From: Zygnema circumcarinatum SAG 698-1b
Taxonomy: Eukaryota > Plantae > Zygnematophyceae
NCBI GenBank assembly: GCA_037447605.1
Contig: CM074811.1
Location: forward strand, 1,550,001-1,614,000
Direction of reading: 5' to 3'
DNA: 64,000 bases
Positions within the stretch are counted from its first letter, which is position 1; each line of letters opens with the position of its first letter. Below the pieces are notes generated by a model. The model was not told where the DNA came from. It searched no databases and saw only the letters and a program-made list of their open reading frames with translations. Below are positions 11,501 through 22,883 of this stretch, one piece after another. The position numbers and the translations under genes were made by a program.

Positions 11501-14500
11501 GATAAAAAGTTTAAGAGCTTCAAGCGGGGCATTGCAAAACTTGCTCATAATGGCATCGCACCAAGGAAAAAAGAAGGGTCAATAAAATAAGAGGACTGAA
11601 GCCTCAAATTCCAACATCAATGCACAAAACAAAACAATGTGTAAAAATTCCAAAGTTTGGTTGCACACACCGAATAGTCCATCAAGGAAGTCCGAAAGTT
11701 GGAATCGTCCGACAAAACATCCGCCATCCGCAGCGTGTTAACTTGGAGCAGGCCATGCGGGATGCGTTTGACCTTCTCAATGTCCTGAAGGGAGAGGTCA
11801 ATGAAATCATCGTCCACGGGCCGCTTCAGCGTCATAGCAACGAGGTGACAAACCTGCAAAAAGGATCGGAATCAGAACGTTAACTTGCCGAAGAAGAAGA
11901 TAGGAAAACAAGAGATGCCGGGGGTTGAGCGAATAAACGTAGAACACATTCAATATGCGGTTATAAACACTAAACAATGGAGCAAATAGAGGAATAACGT
12001 GCTGTATTTCTGTGTGATAATGCAACGCAATTGTCGGGCTCGGAGTAAAAAGAAATCAAACTACAGAGTACAAGTACTCCCCGTCAAATTTCCAACTGAT
12101 ACAAGTAGGCATGTCAACTCGTTTAGACCCGGAAGTGGCAACCCATGATGTACCTCAAGAATCACTTGAGTAGCCAGCCGCGCGCTGCGATGGCTTCGTG
12201 CCACGATGTCTAGAAACGAGTCGGACTCAGTTTCACACACCAGCACCATCTGCAGAAGTGGCAGAGGTTGCCCCATCAGATGCCCGATACGGAAAAATAC
12301 TTTTCTGACACTAGGAATATAACGAGTAGTCAGAATTTGTAAACAAGTCCTTTGCCAAGAATCCAGGTAGGAGTAACGTGAGCATATCCTCACATGCATC
12401 CACCATACTTGACATTTATCTTTAGATATTCATACAAGATGCGCTTGCTATAGGGGCATCTATAGCATCAGTCGCAACTGTTCGGTTGTCAATCGAAAGG
12501 ACTGTTCCATCCACACTGGAAACTAGACTCGTCAACAGACGGGTGAAGGAAAGTCAGCAGATTGTTTAAGATGTGTTTTCGGCGTGCACTTACTATTGCT
12601 AGAGCTCGTGACTTCATTCGAGATATAGAAACGGAGATTGTGGCCCGCAAGTAGGGGCTCAATCGCCAGGGCCAAGGAAGCCTCAATTTCAAGATTGCGA
12701 GCAGAAGCCTCAACAATCCCCCTCCTTGACAGACTTCCTGCAACCTCGAAATAGACGAACCCCAATCGAGTATTTGGTAGATGTAAAATGGCCGTCCCAC
12801 AAAGAAACTTTCCTGATCTGGTTTCAGACTTCAAGAACTTGTTCAAAAATCACCAAAATGCGTCGGGCAACACCTTGACACACCTTTGGGAAATGTTAAG
12901 GTTTGACTCTGTGCAAAAGAACTCATGGCTGGGCTTCAAAGAACTCATACTCTATTAAGCAAGCACAAAATAGCTCAGGAGACAAACAAGTGCTTCTGTA
13001 AGTGGAACTCATGCTGTCTCCATGCAGGTAAATCCATCAAGGGCATGCACTTTAACAGTCAATTGTGGAGTCTTCAAATGGTCCATGAGCAGGAAAGCCC
13101 TCTCTCTTGAGAAAATCCCGGGTAACAGCACATAGAATCATTCAGGAAAGCAGCACCCATCAGTGTAGCATTGATAAGGCAAGGTCTGTTTCCAGGGCAC
13201 TGAGGAATATCAGTCGCTTTCCGAGTAAAGAACTGTCAAGTTATCAACTCCAGAAGTATTACGTCAACTCATAACACAAGTACACTTGATTGAAGGAAGC
13301 GTGGAATTGTCTCAAACCTCATGACGAAGTAAGCAGTCCCGGAAAGGCCTCGATGAGATCAGCATTCGGAGTGCTTGCAATGACGCCTCACATTGCATTG
13401 ATATGGCCTCCACCTCCCTCTCCTCCATATAGGCCTCTGCGGCCACCTCTCCAGTGGTTACGCAAGCATACCCACCAGCTGCTTCAAGCTGGCCTTGAAG
13501 CATTTCAAATGATTTTCGTATGCAATCAATCGCCGTATCCATGAACAAATAGACCTGAATGCGCCACATAGGCCAGAAAATTGTTACAAAAAAAAGGCCA
13601 TGCATCGGTATACCTGCGTCAAATTACTTGGTGCTCAAATTCTAGCCACGTATCTCCGATTCATAAAAATGATCAATTACAGTAATCAGAACCGTCCTTC
13701 AGGCAAAGTGGTCCATATCACCTAAATATGCCATGGCCCCCTAGCATTCACTCCAACACCGAACGGGCTGCTACCGACTAGAAGATATGGAAGATAACAA
13801 GGTGCAGAAGTCAAGGGGCATAAAACTAGTCAATCCAAGGTCGAGCCACGAGTTTCCAAAATGGAGTGATACCTTGGAATGGCCGAGGAGTACGACAGCA
13901 ATATCACTCCATTCTTTCGTGACAACAGCCGGCAAAAGGTGTAGAGAGCTTGCAATGAGTGTGGGTCGGACCAGACAGGAACCATCAGGTTCCATTATAG
14001 CATTCGACCTGACCTGTGCAGCCCCCATAGCACCTCAGGTACATGGACAAGCTATAAGGATAACAAGACGAAGAATGTAAATGAAAGTCAGCAGAAATCC
14101 GAACCAATCAAGGGGATTGAAAGGAGACGAAAAATTAACCAACTTCAAGATAACAGTATAAGCGATTTCTGCTGATTGCTGTGCTTGGCAGCAATGACAG
14201 GCAGGTTCTCCAGAGAGGAGGAGGATATATCAATGCCTCACTCTAAGCCTTCTAAGGACCCACCGTGTTCCCATTCACCAACCTCAAATGCCTTCACAAC
14301 AATCACCGTAAGCAAAAGCAATCATAATGAATAAGTTTGGCAGTGAGACGTGCAAGCAGGAACGGGCAAATGGCTTGAACTCACATGCGTTGGCATTCCG
14401 AGCCTGATGAGGAGGAAGAAAATGAGGTCCAATATTTGTTCTCGTACAGCACTGTTGATGAGCAAAATCTGATCCCCAGGCACACAGAAACTGTAGGGTT

Positions 14501-16491
14501 AAACCGAGAATCCACTAGAACATAATCAAACACTGGTGACTGTTAAATCAATCAGACGTCCACATAGAAATAGAAGCGTAATTAGCTCAGGACTGAATTG
14601 ACCACAGTGATGCAGTATATTGATACATCTTTTCCTACCGCTGCTGTACTATATTGCTTACTCGTTCTAGGCGAGGTACCCTTGAGGCCAATTCACAGAG
14701 AGTGTGGAGGAGGCGTATTCCCTTGCTTATGTACAGAAGATGCGTGGCAGTATCGTCCACTGCCGCAGATGCGAGCAGGTGGAGAGGCAAGGCCATCGCC
14801 AGCTTGTCAAGATCCAGCTGCTCATTCAGGCAGTAATAAGTGAACATGAGAAAAGGTTTCACAGCTCCACAATGAGGAACCTTGACCTTTCTAGAGAAAA
14901 ACAGATGAAAGAAACAAAGAACTTGAATGGAGCACAAACGTTTCCGAACCAAACTTGACATTTGTAAAAAAGGGACCTACGGTTTTTTGTCTAATTTCAC
15001 AAACTCATCAATCAGCTGCATTCAAAAAAAGGAATTGAGGCCTTATTGGCAAGCATAGTCTCAGGCCTATAGTCGTGTCCCTTTGACACAAGAATTTATG
15101 CTTCAATACTATTAAGTTTAATCCAGGAAAATTGTGCCAAACAATATTCATGTTCCTTATGCAATTGTAACGAAGCATTGGATAAGGTTGTAGCAGGACG
15201 AAGAACTTTAAGTCATCTAGAACTTAAAACAACCATTTTTATTTGTATTTGGACAAAGAGATTTTGTCACTAGAGTTGGAAAAAGAACGAATGGTTCAAT
15301 AAAGCTGATAATCAAACTTGCAGGTAATGTAACAGACATGACGAAGCAACTTTAAAAGGTTATGGCCCGTGGAAAAAAAAAGGCGGAGTATGACAAACAA
15401 TTGTCACTGGAAATGTGTCAACATTGGACAATCCGTCTGTGTTGAGAGAGAAAGAGAAAGAAGAAGGCATAGAAGGGTGGAAGGAGAAAGACGCAGAGCA
15501 AGACAATCACTGCTGTAGCCCTTATCGAATTGACAATTCTCCTAGAACAAACAACAGGGGCTGCAAACTAAATCCTCTTGGGTTGACCAGATTCAACTGA
15601 TGCTATATACTTCAATCTGAAATGAGGAGTTTCTTCACGCTTGCGAGGAACACAACCAGGCAAATGCGCAGATGCTAACCAGAATAGTAGCGCCCTCCGC
15701 ATTTGTCAGACGCAATGTCAAGTCCTGTGAGTTGCGGACTATGGTACTCATGCTTCTTGGACTCAAATAATACAGTTCGCTGACAGCCAACTGCATATCC
15801 GGAAACTGCACCAATCAATGTATCTGGTCAGATTGGGCAGCTATGCTGACTTCTCCACACACTTCACGTTATGCAAGGTTAAAGCGAGTTTGAATATGCT
15901 TAACGCAGGGCACGCTGATCTCAGTATACATCAAGGCGAACTGAAAAAATGTCTTCCAGAAGCCATTGCTAACGGCTAAACCATTCGGTATGTTTCGCCA
16001 TTCTATTGCCATGCGATTTTGAAATGCACGAGTTCACACAGAATGGAACCGTAATTTCAGCTGAAACGAGGAAAGGATTCCGCCAAACAAGGAATGTAAA
16101 GTAAACAAAAAAATAGGGTTGCATTGGCGAAGGGAAGTCACTTAAGAATTATCTTTCTCCAGCCCGACCGTCTAGGTTTTGTTCGTAAGTTCAGAATATT
16201 TTCCCATTCTGCGAAGTCTCTGGTTTCGGATGTTTATCTCCATCTTAAGCACGACGCAGATGCTGCAGCTATCTCTTTTTGTGCATAAGAGGTAGCTAAT
16301 GTTGATATTTGGCTGCAGCAGACTCAGCACGAACAAAACAGGCTAACACGTACCTCGGAGTGATGTATATTCGTCATATTGCTGACGGCAATGGAAGGGA
16401 AAGGCACTAAAACTTATGCTCCGGATAACCGCACCGGAAATGGAACGCAACCTCCAAATAAGCCCGAGCACATCACGCTTGCCTGTTCCAT
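5529..16491 (-). CDS. NDX: Nodulin homeobox (NDX) protein, multi-exon
   Basis: Spliced exons give NDX-type motifs: FPDMQLAVSELYYLSPRSMSTIVRNS (~15815-15685), LDLDKLAMALPLHLL..KGIRLLHTLCELASRVPRLE, REQILDLIFFLLI, QCEASLQAL, GGGLLRLLLAILKL, LVCETESDSFLDIVA, GLLQVNTLRMADVLSDDSNFR, the atypical homeodomain RRRIMTEDQADAMEEALREEPDMHRFPELLQQWVNVL..GSRISITQLKNWINNHK (split over three exons) and the C-terminal EVEVLDADGELVGQGLV..GKW..VPFP..TFYEA domain. The start at 16491 (MEQ followed by a possible GC donor) is tentative. Confidence 0.9.
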
Positions 16492-17043
16492 GAGCTCTCG
16501 CCGATATTGCAACCCTAACATGACAATGAGAGAACGCTCATCAACGCCTTGTCTGCATAGCAAGCTGCGAGTAAGCTCGCTGCGCCCCTCCTGCCCCGCT
16601 TGCATCCGTGTTCCCGCAACCCGGAGTCAACGGAGTGGCGCAGTTTTCAGCCGCAGTGCAGGAGGTCCAGCAGCAGAGCGCCATGCGAGCCGCCGTCAGC
16701 AGAAGAAGAAGGAGGCATCATGGCCATCAGCGGAAAGGAGGCAGCCGCGCCTGCGTCATGGCTGCTCGCCCGCCCTCCCGGCCCGCTGGCGCCACGCCAT
16801 GCCCTGCCATGCCATGGCGAAGAAGACGCGGGCGAGGACGAAACCTTCCCTCCCTCCGTTGCGACTGTCCTCCCCGCAGGCCGTGACCTCCCTCCCCGCC
16901 GTACGGTAGCCATGGCCAGGCCGTGCAATACAGTACGGTATGGTACGAAAAACCTATTTCGTACAATGTGTATATTCGCGGTCAGATATTTCAATGTACG
17001 GCAGGCATGGACAGAAGAAATGTCAAAGGGGGACCACTAGGCG

Positions 17044-17099
17044 AAACCAAAAACCAAAAACCAAAAACCAATAATCAGAAACCAGAAACCAGAAACCAG
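17044..17099 (+). repeat. Heptamer array (AAACCAR)n in the NDX/translin divergent promoter
   Basis: aaaccaa aaaccaa aaaccaa aaaccaa taatcag aaaccag aaaccag aaaccag. Confidence 0.8.
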
Positions 17100-17184
17100 A
17101 GGCCGTTTTCGGATAGCTCTTTGTTCTATAGCGGCACGCGCCAGGAAATCAAGAACACGGCTCCAGCGCTTACTTGAACGACAT

Positions 17185-17238
17185 CCAATCAGGGATTGCC
17201 ATGTTGGCACACCATCTGACGTGGCAGACTGAGATTGG
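17185..17238. promoter_or_regulatory. 54-bp inverted CCAAT/CCAC module, copy 1
   Basis: ccaatcagggattgccatgttggcacaccatctgacgtggcagactgagattgg, lying between the NDX and translin starts. Same length and motif positions as copies at 28631, 49394 and 52598. Confidence 0.7.
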
Positions 17239-17380
17239 CCTATTCCAGCTCGGAATTCCAGCTGGCGCCCTGCAGATGCAGGATGCAGCTCGCTGCTGTA
17301 AGGCGCGGAGGGAGGCCCTGAAGGAGTCCCTGAGGGAGGGAGGTGCATGGGGCGGCGGTAGGGGTACGACTGCAAGTCGG

Positions 17381-20300
17381 ATGGCCGAAAACGTGATGGC
17401 CCTATTTGAGAGCTTCGGCGCGCAGCTCTCAGAAACCAATGATGTGAGGGAAAGGATCAAGGCTGTGGTGACGACCCTGGACACCACCGTGCGCCAGATG
17501 CAGGCGGCTCTGCCCCCCGTATACAGCGGATCAGCAGCTCTGGGTGAGACTATTGACTTGCTGAGGGGGACAAAAAACCAGAAGACAGATGCCATTGTGT
17601 GATGCTTGTCTTCAGCATAGAGTTGATTAGTCAATGAGGGGCATATGATCTTCGTGACTCAAATATGAATGACTCGGTCACCGCTACCAAGTTCAATTCA
17701 GGTTGAATGGAATTCAGGCTCAAGGTGGTTTGGGAAATCCAGTAGTGCAGGCCGTGGAGCATGTCAAACGCCTCTTACCTTTGTTGCGAGAGTCGTATAA
17801 GGAGTTGGCGAGCATCTTGAAGGAACGACCTGGGGAGTATTACAGGTGCACTCCAAATACTTGTAATCAGCTCACTTAGATTACTTTTGTTCTCGTAGTT
17901 TTCGGTTGTGTCGTCATTTTTTTCCATTTAAAAAAAATCTATTCGTTTGCAGACACTTTTATGATAGTTATTGAGCAAAGGAGTCCTCTAAAAAATTCTT
18001 TCGTCTGCAGCCTCTTCTTTCCTTTGCTCCTCTGCTTGAACTCCTCTGAGTCTTTTGTAGAGCAAAGATGAGCAGAGGTTGAAATCTAGTTCTTGCTTAA
18101 TGTAGGCCGCTTGATGTTTATATTAGAAGGGGGTTGAGCACATGTTTGAGTTTTAACTTTAATCTCTCCGCGTCTGGAGGTCATTTCAGACGTTGTACAA
18201 TAGAGGACATGATCTCATGTAAGCTTTAAACTGGCAAATTTCAAATTGACAGTTTTTGGGGTAATAAAGTTTCACAGATCGGACCATTAGACAAACCAGT
18301 CGACTGGTTGGCAACCAGTGGTTGCGGACCGAAACAACCATTCGACTGGTTTGGAACCAGTGGATGCCATTGGTTGGCAACCATTCGACTGGTTTGGAAC
18401 TAGTGGATGCCACTGGTTGGCAACCAGTCGAATGGTTGGCAACCAGTGCCGCCGGATCGAAACAACCATTCGACTGGTTGCCAACCAGTGGCATCCACTG
18501 GTTCCAAACCAGTCGACTGGTTGCCAACCAATGGCGCAGGACTGAAACAACCATTCGACTGGTTCGGAACCAGTGATCCAATGGTTGGCAACCATTGAAT
18601 TTCTGAAATTATGCCTTTTTGCAAAAATGGGTCATTTGTGTTTTTTGGTTGGTTGCCAACCGTTGACAACTAGTGTAACAAGCCTGATGCGTACAGATGC
18701 GTACGGATTCGTACAGCCGAATCGTACGGTTGTACGGGGATTCTGTACGGCCGAATCGTAATAGTTTTCTCCGAAACGCCGACGGCATTTTGGTGACTGT
18801 AGCGTTCAGTTCGCTACAACTAGTGATTTAATGGTTGCCAACCATTTGATTTAATGGATATAACCAGTCGACTGGTTGCCAACCAGTGCCGCCAGATCAA
18901 AACAACCATTCGACTGGTTGCCAACCAGTGGCATCCATTGGTTCCAAACCAGTCGACTAACCAGTCGACTGGTTGCCAACCAGTGGTTGCGGACCGAAAC
19001 AACCATTCGACTGGTTGCCAACCAGTGGCATCCACTGGTTGGCAACCAGTCGACTGATTGCCAACCAGTAGACGTCCAACCATTGCCATCCAATGGTTGT
19101 CCAATGGTTGCCGATCCACTGGTCCGAACTGTGTAAAGTTTTCAAGAATTCAACTTCTTAAGGAATTTGACAATTGTTTAGGTCTCTGCTTGTCACCTTG
19201 TGGACATTGGTCTGCACTCATTTTAAACAGCTGGTAGGGAAGTGCCTTGCCGAGGTATGACAAGCATTTTATTTTCTTCGTGAACTGCCTGCTCCTGATG
19301 AAGTCTATGGACATCTGAATGGTTTAAATAACTGCGGGATAAATTGCTGATAACTGGTTTTACCATTTGGGTTGTCCGGAAAGGAGTGAAAAATGCGCGT
19401 GCTCGTGTCGACCCATGATCGATTGTGAATTGAAGTCCTTCACCGTAAAAAAGGCCTCGTACTACTTTCGGATGGGATGCCTTTTTTGGCTATTCGTGTC
19501 TGATCGCAGTGGCAGGTAACTGATATGAAGAGGTGGTTATGGGGGCGCCAGATACCATGACCACTGGCGCACTCAGAACAACTCTGTCTCGTTCGTACTG
19601 GCTTTCATACATTGGTTGGAGCACGGCACGTTGTTGCCTCTCGTCGAGATGGAGGCGCTACTCAACTGTAAGTAACTGCTATCACAAACTGATCTGATGT
19701 GCCGTTGCATCATCTCTGAACCGACTGGCATCTTTAGGACAAGACTTTGAGCTTTCGTTTTTCTTAAGCTATTTGGCAGAAGGTGGTGTTGATAGGAGCT
19801 TCTTGCGCACAGTGGAAGGAGAAATGCTGGCGCTGACTTTGATACAGTTGAGAATCTTGCTTTTTGACTTTTTGCAAGAAATACGAGACAGGACTGACAA
19901 AACTTCCCATGTTGAGCATCACTGAGGCCATTGTCACTGTTTGAAGAAAGACTTGTTGAAAACCCGATATGCCTCTTCCAGTAGTCAGTCAAACCAGACA
20001 CTACTTCGCTTGTGTTACATTGGAGCTCGTATTGGTCGTTGCAGTGAATCACGAAGAATTTGGACTTGAGCTGGAGGACTATCTTGCAGGTATCATCACT
20101 GCCTGTAGGCCAGATTTATGGTGCCATTCTGTCAGATATTGGTTGTTTGCTTGACATTGAAATGTAGAACTATTAGGAACGTTTCTCATCTAGAGTGATT
20201 TAGCTTAAAAACAATTTGTCTGCGAAGTTATCTTAAGACGAGCTAGCAGGTTACTCTGCGATTTTTTTGCAATCAAATAGAAGTAACTTTTTTGTTACGA

Positions 20301-21215
20301 AAGCACACTGACCTGTGGAACCCGATCGGCAAATACAAGAAGCATGCACTGATTGGAGATTTGGCTGGATGGACGTGACGGATTGCAGGGTTGACCATGC
20401 TCTCAAGTGAATTGGTGAGCCACAAACCAACATCTGGAGAACAGAGTTTTGCACTAAATCGGGTGATGCTTTTGTTAAGAGTTGACTCTAGTGAAGCGGT
20501 AGCTTAGACTAGAACTAACTGTGCCTGCGTTTATGTGCAGCCTCGCTATGTGATCAACAGGGTGACAGCTGGCGATTACGAGTGCCCTCGGAGGGTTGCT
20601 GCCTTCCTTAACGAGCTCTTTGCAGGCTTTCGTCTTCTCAATCTCCGAAACGATTCGTTGCGGAAACGTTATGATGGTATGATAGCCTTCATTATCTTTT
20701 AACTCAGACAATGGGGCTGACCTCTCTGAAAGGTATTGGCGGCCTTAAAACGGGTTTCCTTTACTTTGTCCTGCTGGTGGTGAAGATCCCGTATTGGCAT
20801 TCTAGCTGCGACTCACCTACCTTATACTCCATCATTTCAACTGATAGCAGTTTCAATGGCTTGTTGGGTGTTCCTTCTCGCTAAGACTCTTCTAGCTTGT
20901 AAGGATTGTATTAGTTACAAGTATCGGTACTTTGCCAGTGATCAAGGGGAAGCAGTTTTCCAGCCTCCTCTCTGCTGGAAGCAAATGTGAATACCAGCCT
21001 TTTCAGACTATGTTTCTGTTGTTGCATGTGGGCTGAACAATTTGGTACTTGGGGCCTTTGTTGGCTGGGTGTGGGGGAGTGAGCTCTATCCAGGAATGAA
21101 GTACGACTTGAAGAGAGTGGAAGAGGTACTTTACGATGTTAAGATAAGGGGCCTCATTGGCGATGTACAACATAAGGGAGATGATGCTACTGAAATAGGA
21201 GGCGTGCAAGTATAA
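17381..21215 (+). CDS. TSN: Translin (C3PO subunit)
   Basis: Exons encode MAENVMALFESFGAQLSETNDVRERIKAVV, YKELASILKERPGEYYR|YHDHWR..FIHWLEHGTLL, LNHEEFGLELEDYLAG, LTMLSSEL, PRYVINRVTAGDYECPRRV..FRLLNLRNDSLRKRYD and GMKYDLKRVEEVLYDVKIRGL; stop at 21213-21215. In-frame upstream ATGs make the start uncertain. Confidence 0.96.
18273..19133. mobile_element. 861-bp non-autonomous DNA transposon (hAT-like: 8-bp TSD, short TIR) in translin intron 2
   Basis: TSD TAAAGTTT at 18265-18272 and 19134-19141. 14-bp TIRs CACAGATCGGACCA and TGGTCCGAACTGTG with one mismatch. Internal arrays include four perfect copies of the palindrome AACCAGTCGACTGGTT. Confidence 0.9.
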
Positions 21216-22225
21216 GTGGTGTGATCTGTACAGTTACCTTTTTTTGCTTCTTTCAATTTGCTTTTGTAAAAAAGTTTCTGTGAGTCGTGCAGTATACTTC
21301 GCCTCTATGGTTTGAATTCGACAAACCAAAAGTCTACGGTCTAGGTCTAACCTAAGGACTTTACAATGTCTGCCTCCTTGCTTGTACTGTTCCAGCTTTT
21401 CCCCTGAAACAAGGCTTGCTCGTATCCCTCTAGGAGTGCCTATCTGAAAGGAAAAACTACGAAAGTCTATATGTTTTTAAGATTCGCCCTTTTCCCCCGT
21501 CAGAGTTCGACTCCCTTTTCACCCTATGTCGTCATTTATAACAAGATGACTAAGTTTGTTTCTTCTGTAGAGTTGAGTCGATTCAAATGGGAAGTTCAAC
21601 ACAAAAGTGCAGAGCTTCCCTTATGGTTTTCACAGCCGCAAGCCAAGGCTCACTCTTCCAATAACTAAAAAATTGAAACTGCAACTCTCTTTCCTCCAAA
21701 GTTCCTCACCTAAACCCCTATGCTGCCCTCCCTACAATTTCGCCAAAAAAGCCAAGTGACTTTAGGTTTGGTTCCAAGAATCACCTCGACCACAGATTTG
21801 TCGCCAGTGATACGTAAGGATGCACTGGCTTCAAAATGAGCTCCAAAAGGCACATTCCCGAAGACACATTCTTGAAAACAAGTATCGTTGTGATGGCGAC
21901 TGAATCTGATTATATTCAGTCCACTTCAAAGGGTGCTGGTCCTTCAGATGCAGCATGTAGTTGACTGTTCGAAGACTGTCGAAGTATTTTGAGCGATCTG
22001 TATATTTCCTCTTGGCCCCAACCCTATCTTCTCGCCCAAACGCGAGGCAGAAACGACCCACACAAGCAAGCACAAGGCCTGTTTGTGAGTCACGAGCAGT
22101 GAGTAACCTTGAGACCAAACTTGTCTTCGCGGCCTGCTTGGAACTTCAGCAATCTGTTGCCCTTCGTCATTGCCAGCATTTCAGGCTTGAGAACTGCAGC
22201 TAGAGAAGCAAGCAGGCAGGCCAAC

Positions 22226-22240
22226 GGGCGGGCGGGCGGG
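22226..22240 (+). other. Canonical G-quadruplex motif (GGGC)3GGG
   Basis: gggcgggcgggcggg: four G3 tracts with 1-nt loops. Confidence 0.5.
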
Positions 22241-22316
22241 CAGACATTATTTCGTTTCGTTTCGCCATCCGCACGTCATGGAGATTTTTTTTGTTTTTTT
22301 TTCTCCATATTATCGG

Positions 22317-22700
22317 GAGTCAGACCTTGACCATCGCCAAATCAATTTCGTAAGCCTGTCGGGTGAATTAAGCATTGGCTAGGTACGCATTTCGGTACGG
22401 CTGTGTACGGCGGAGCCCTGGATCCCGACCCGGAATTCGTACACGAAAGAACTGACTTTTTGTATAAGCAATTCGGAAATTTCGTAAGCGATGGTCAAGG
22501 TTTGACTGGAGTCAGACTTAGCACATGGCCAAATGAACTTAGTAAGCCTGTCGGGCGAATTAAGCATTGGCTAGATACGCATTTCGGTACGGCTGTGTAC
22601 GGCGGAGCCGCGGATCCCGAGCCGGAATTCGTACACGAAACTTTGACTTTTTGTATACTAAATTCGTGAATTTAGTACGCTCCGGGCTAAGTCTGACCCC
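22317..22700. mobile_element. Two tandem ~190-bp MITE-like units upstream of TFIIE alpha
   Basis: Unit 1 has inverted ends 22319-22337 and 22488-22506 (19 bp, one mismatch). Unit 2 has inverted ends 22511-22522 and 22686-22697 (12 bp, perfect). Both begin GGAGTCAGAC and share a ~115-bp near-identical core (22350-22465 vs 22542-22656). No clear TSD. Confidence 0.75.
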
Positions 22701-22883
22701 CCCTATTGTAAGGGTGGCTTTATTTTTGGGACTTTTTTTATGAAGTTTTATTTTCAGTACTTACGGACTTTTTAAATAAATCCCGTAGTTGAAGATGCCT
22801 TTCGGGGCCAGGGGACTGCGAGCAGGAGCAGGAGCAGGAGCAGGCCGGGGGGCGGAGGGCGGAGGGCGGAGCGGGGTGTCGCC

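Noticed and set aside
18186-19145. Many overlapping ORFs with repeated WLATSR/NQSTG peptides, and the possibility of a CRISPR-like array
   Set aside because: All are translations of the palindromic repeat arrays. There are no unique spacers of constant length and no cas genes, and the TIRs plus TSD explain the structure.
21495-21520. B-box-like GAGTTCGACTCC suggesting a tRNA or SINE
   Set aside because: No A-box at the proper distance, and no cloverleaf or acceptor stem could be built.
21831-22260. Possible short minus-strand spliced ORF (MLAMTKGNRLLKFQAGREDKFGLK...)
   Set aside because: The acceptor lacks a pyrimidine tract and the product is short with no recognisable similarity; transcript evidence would be needed.
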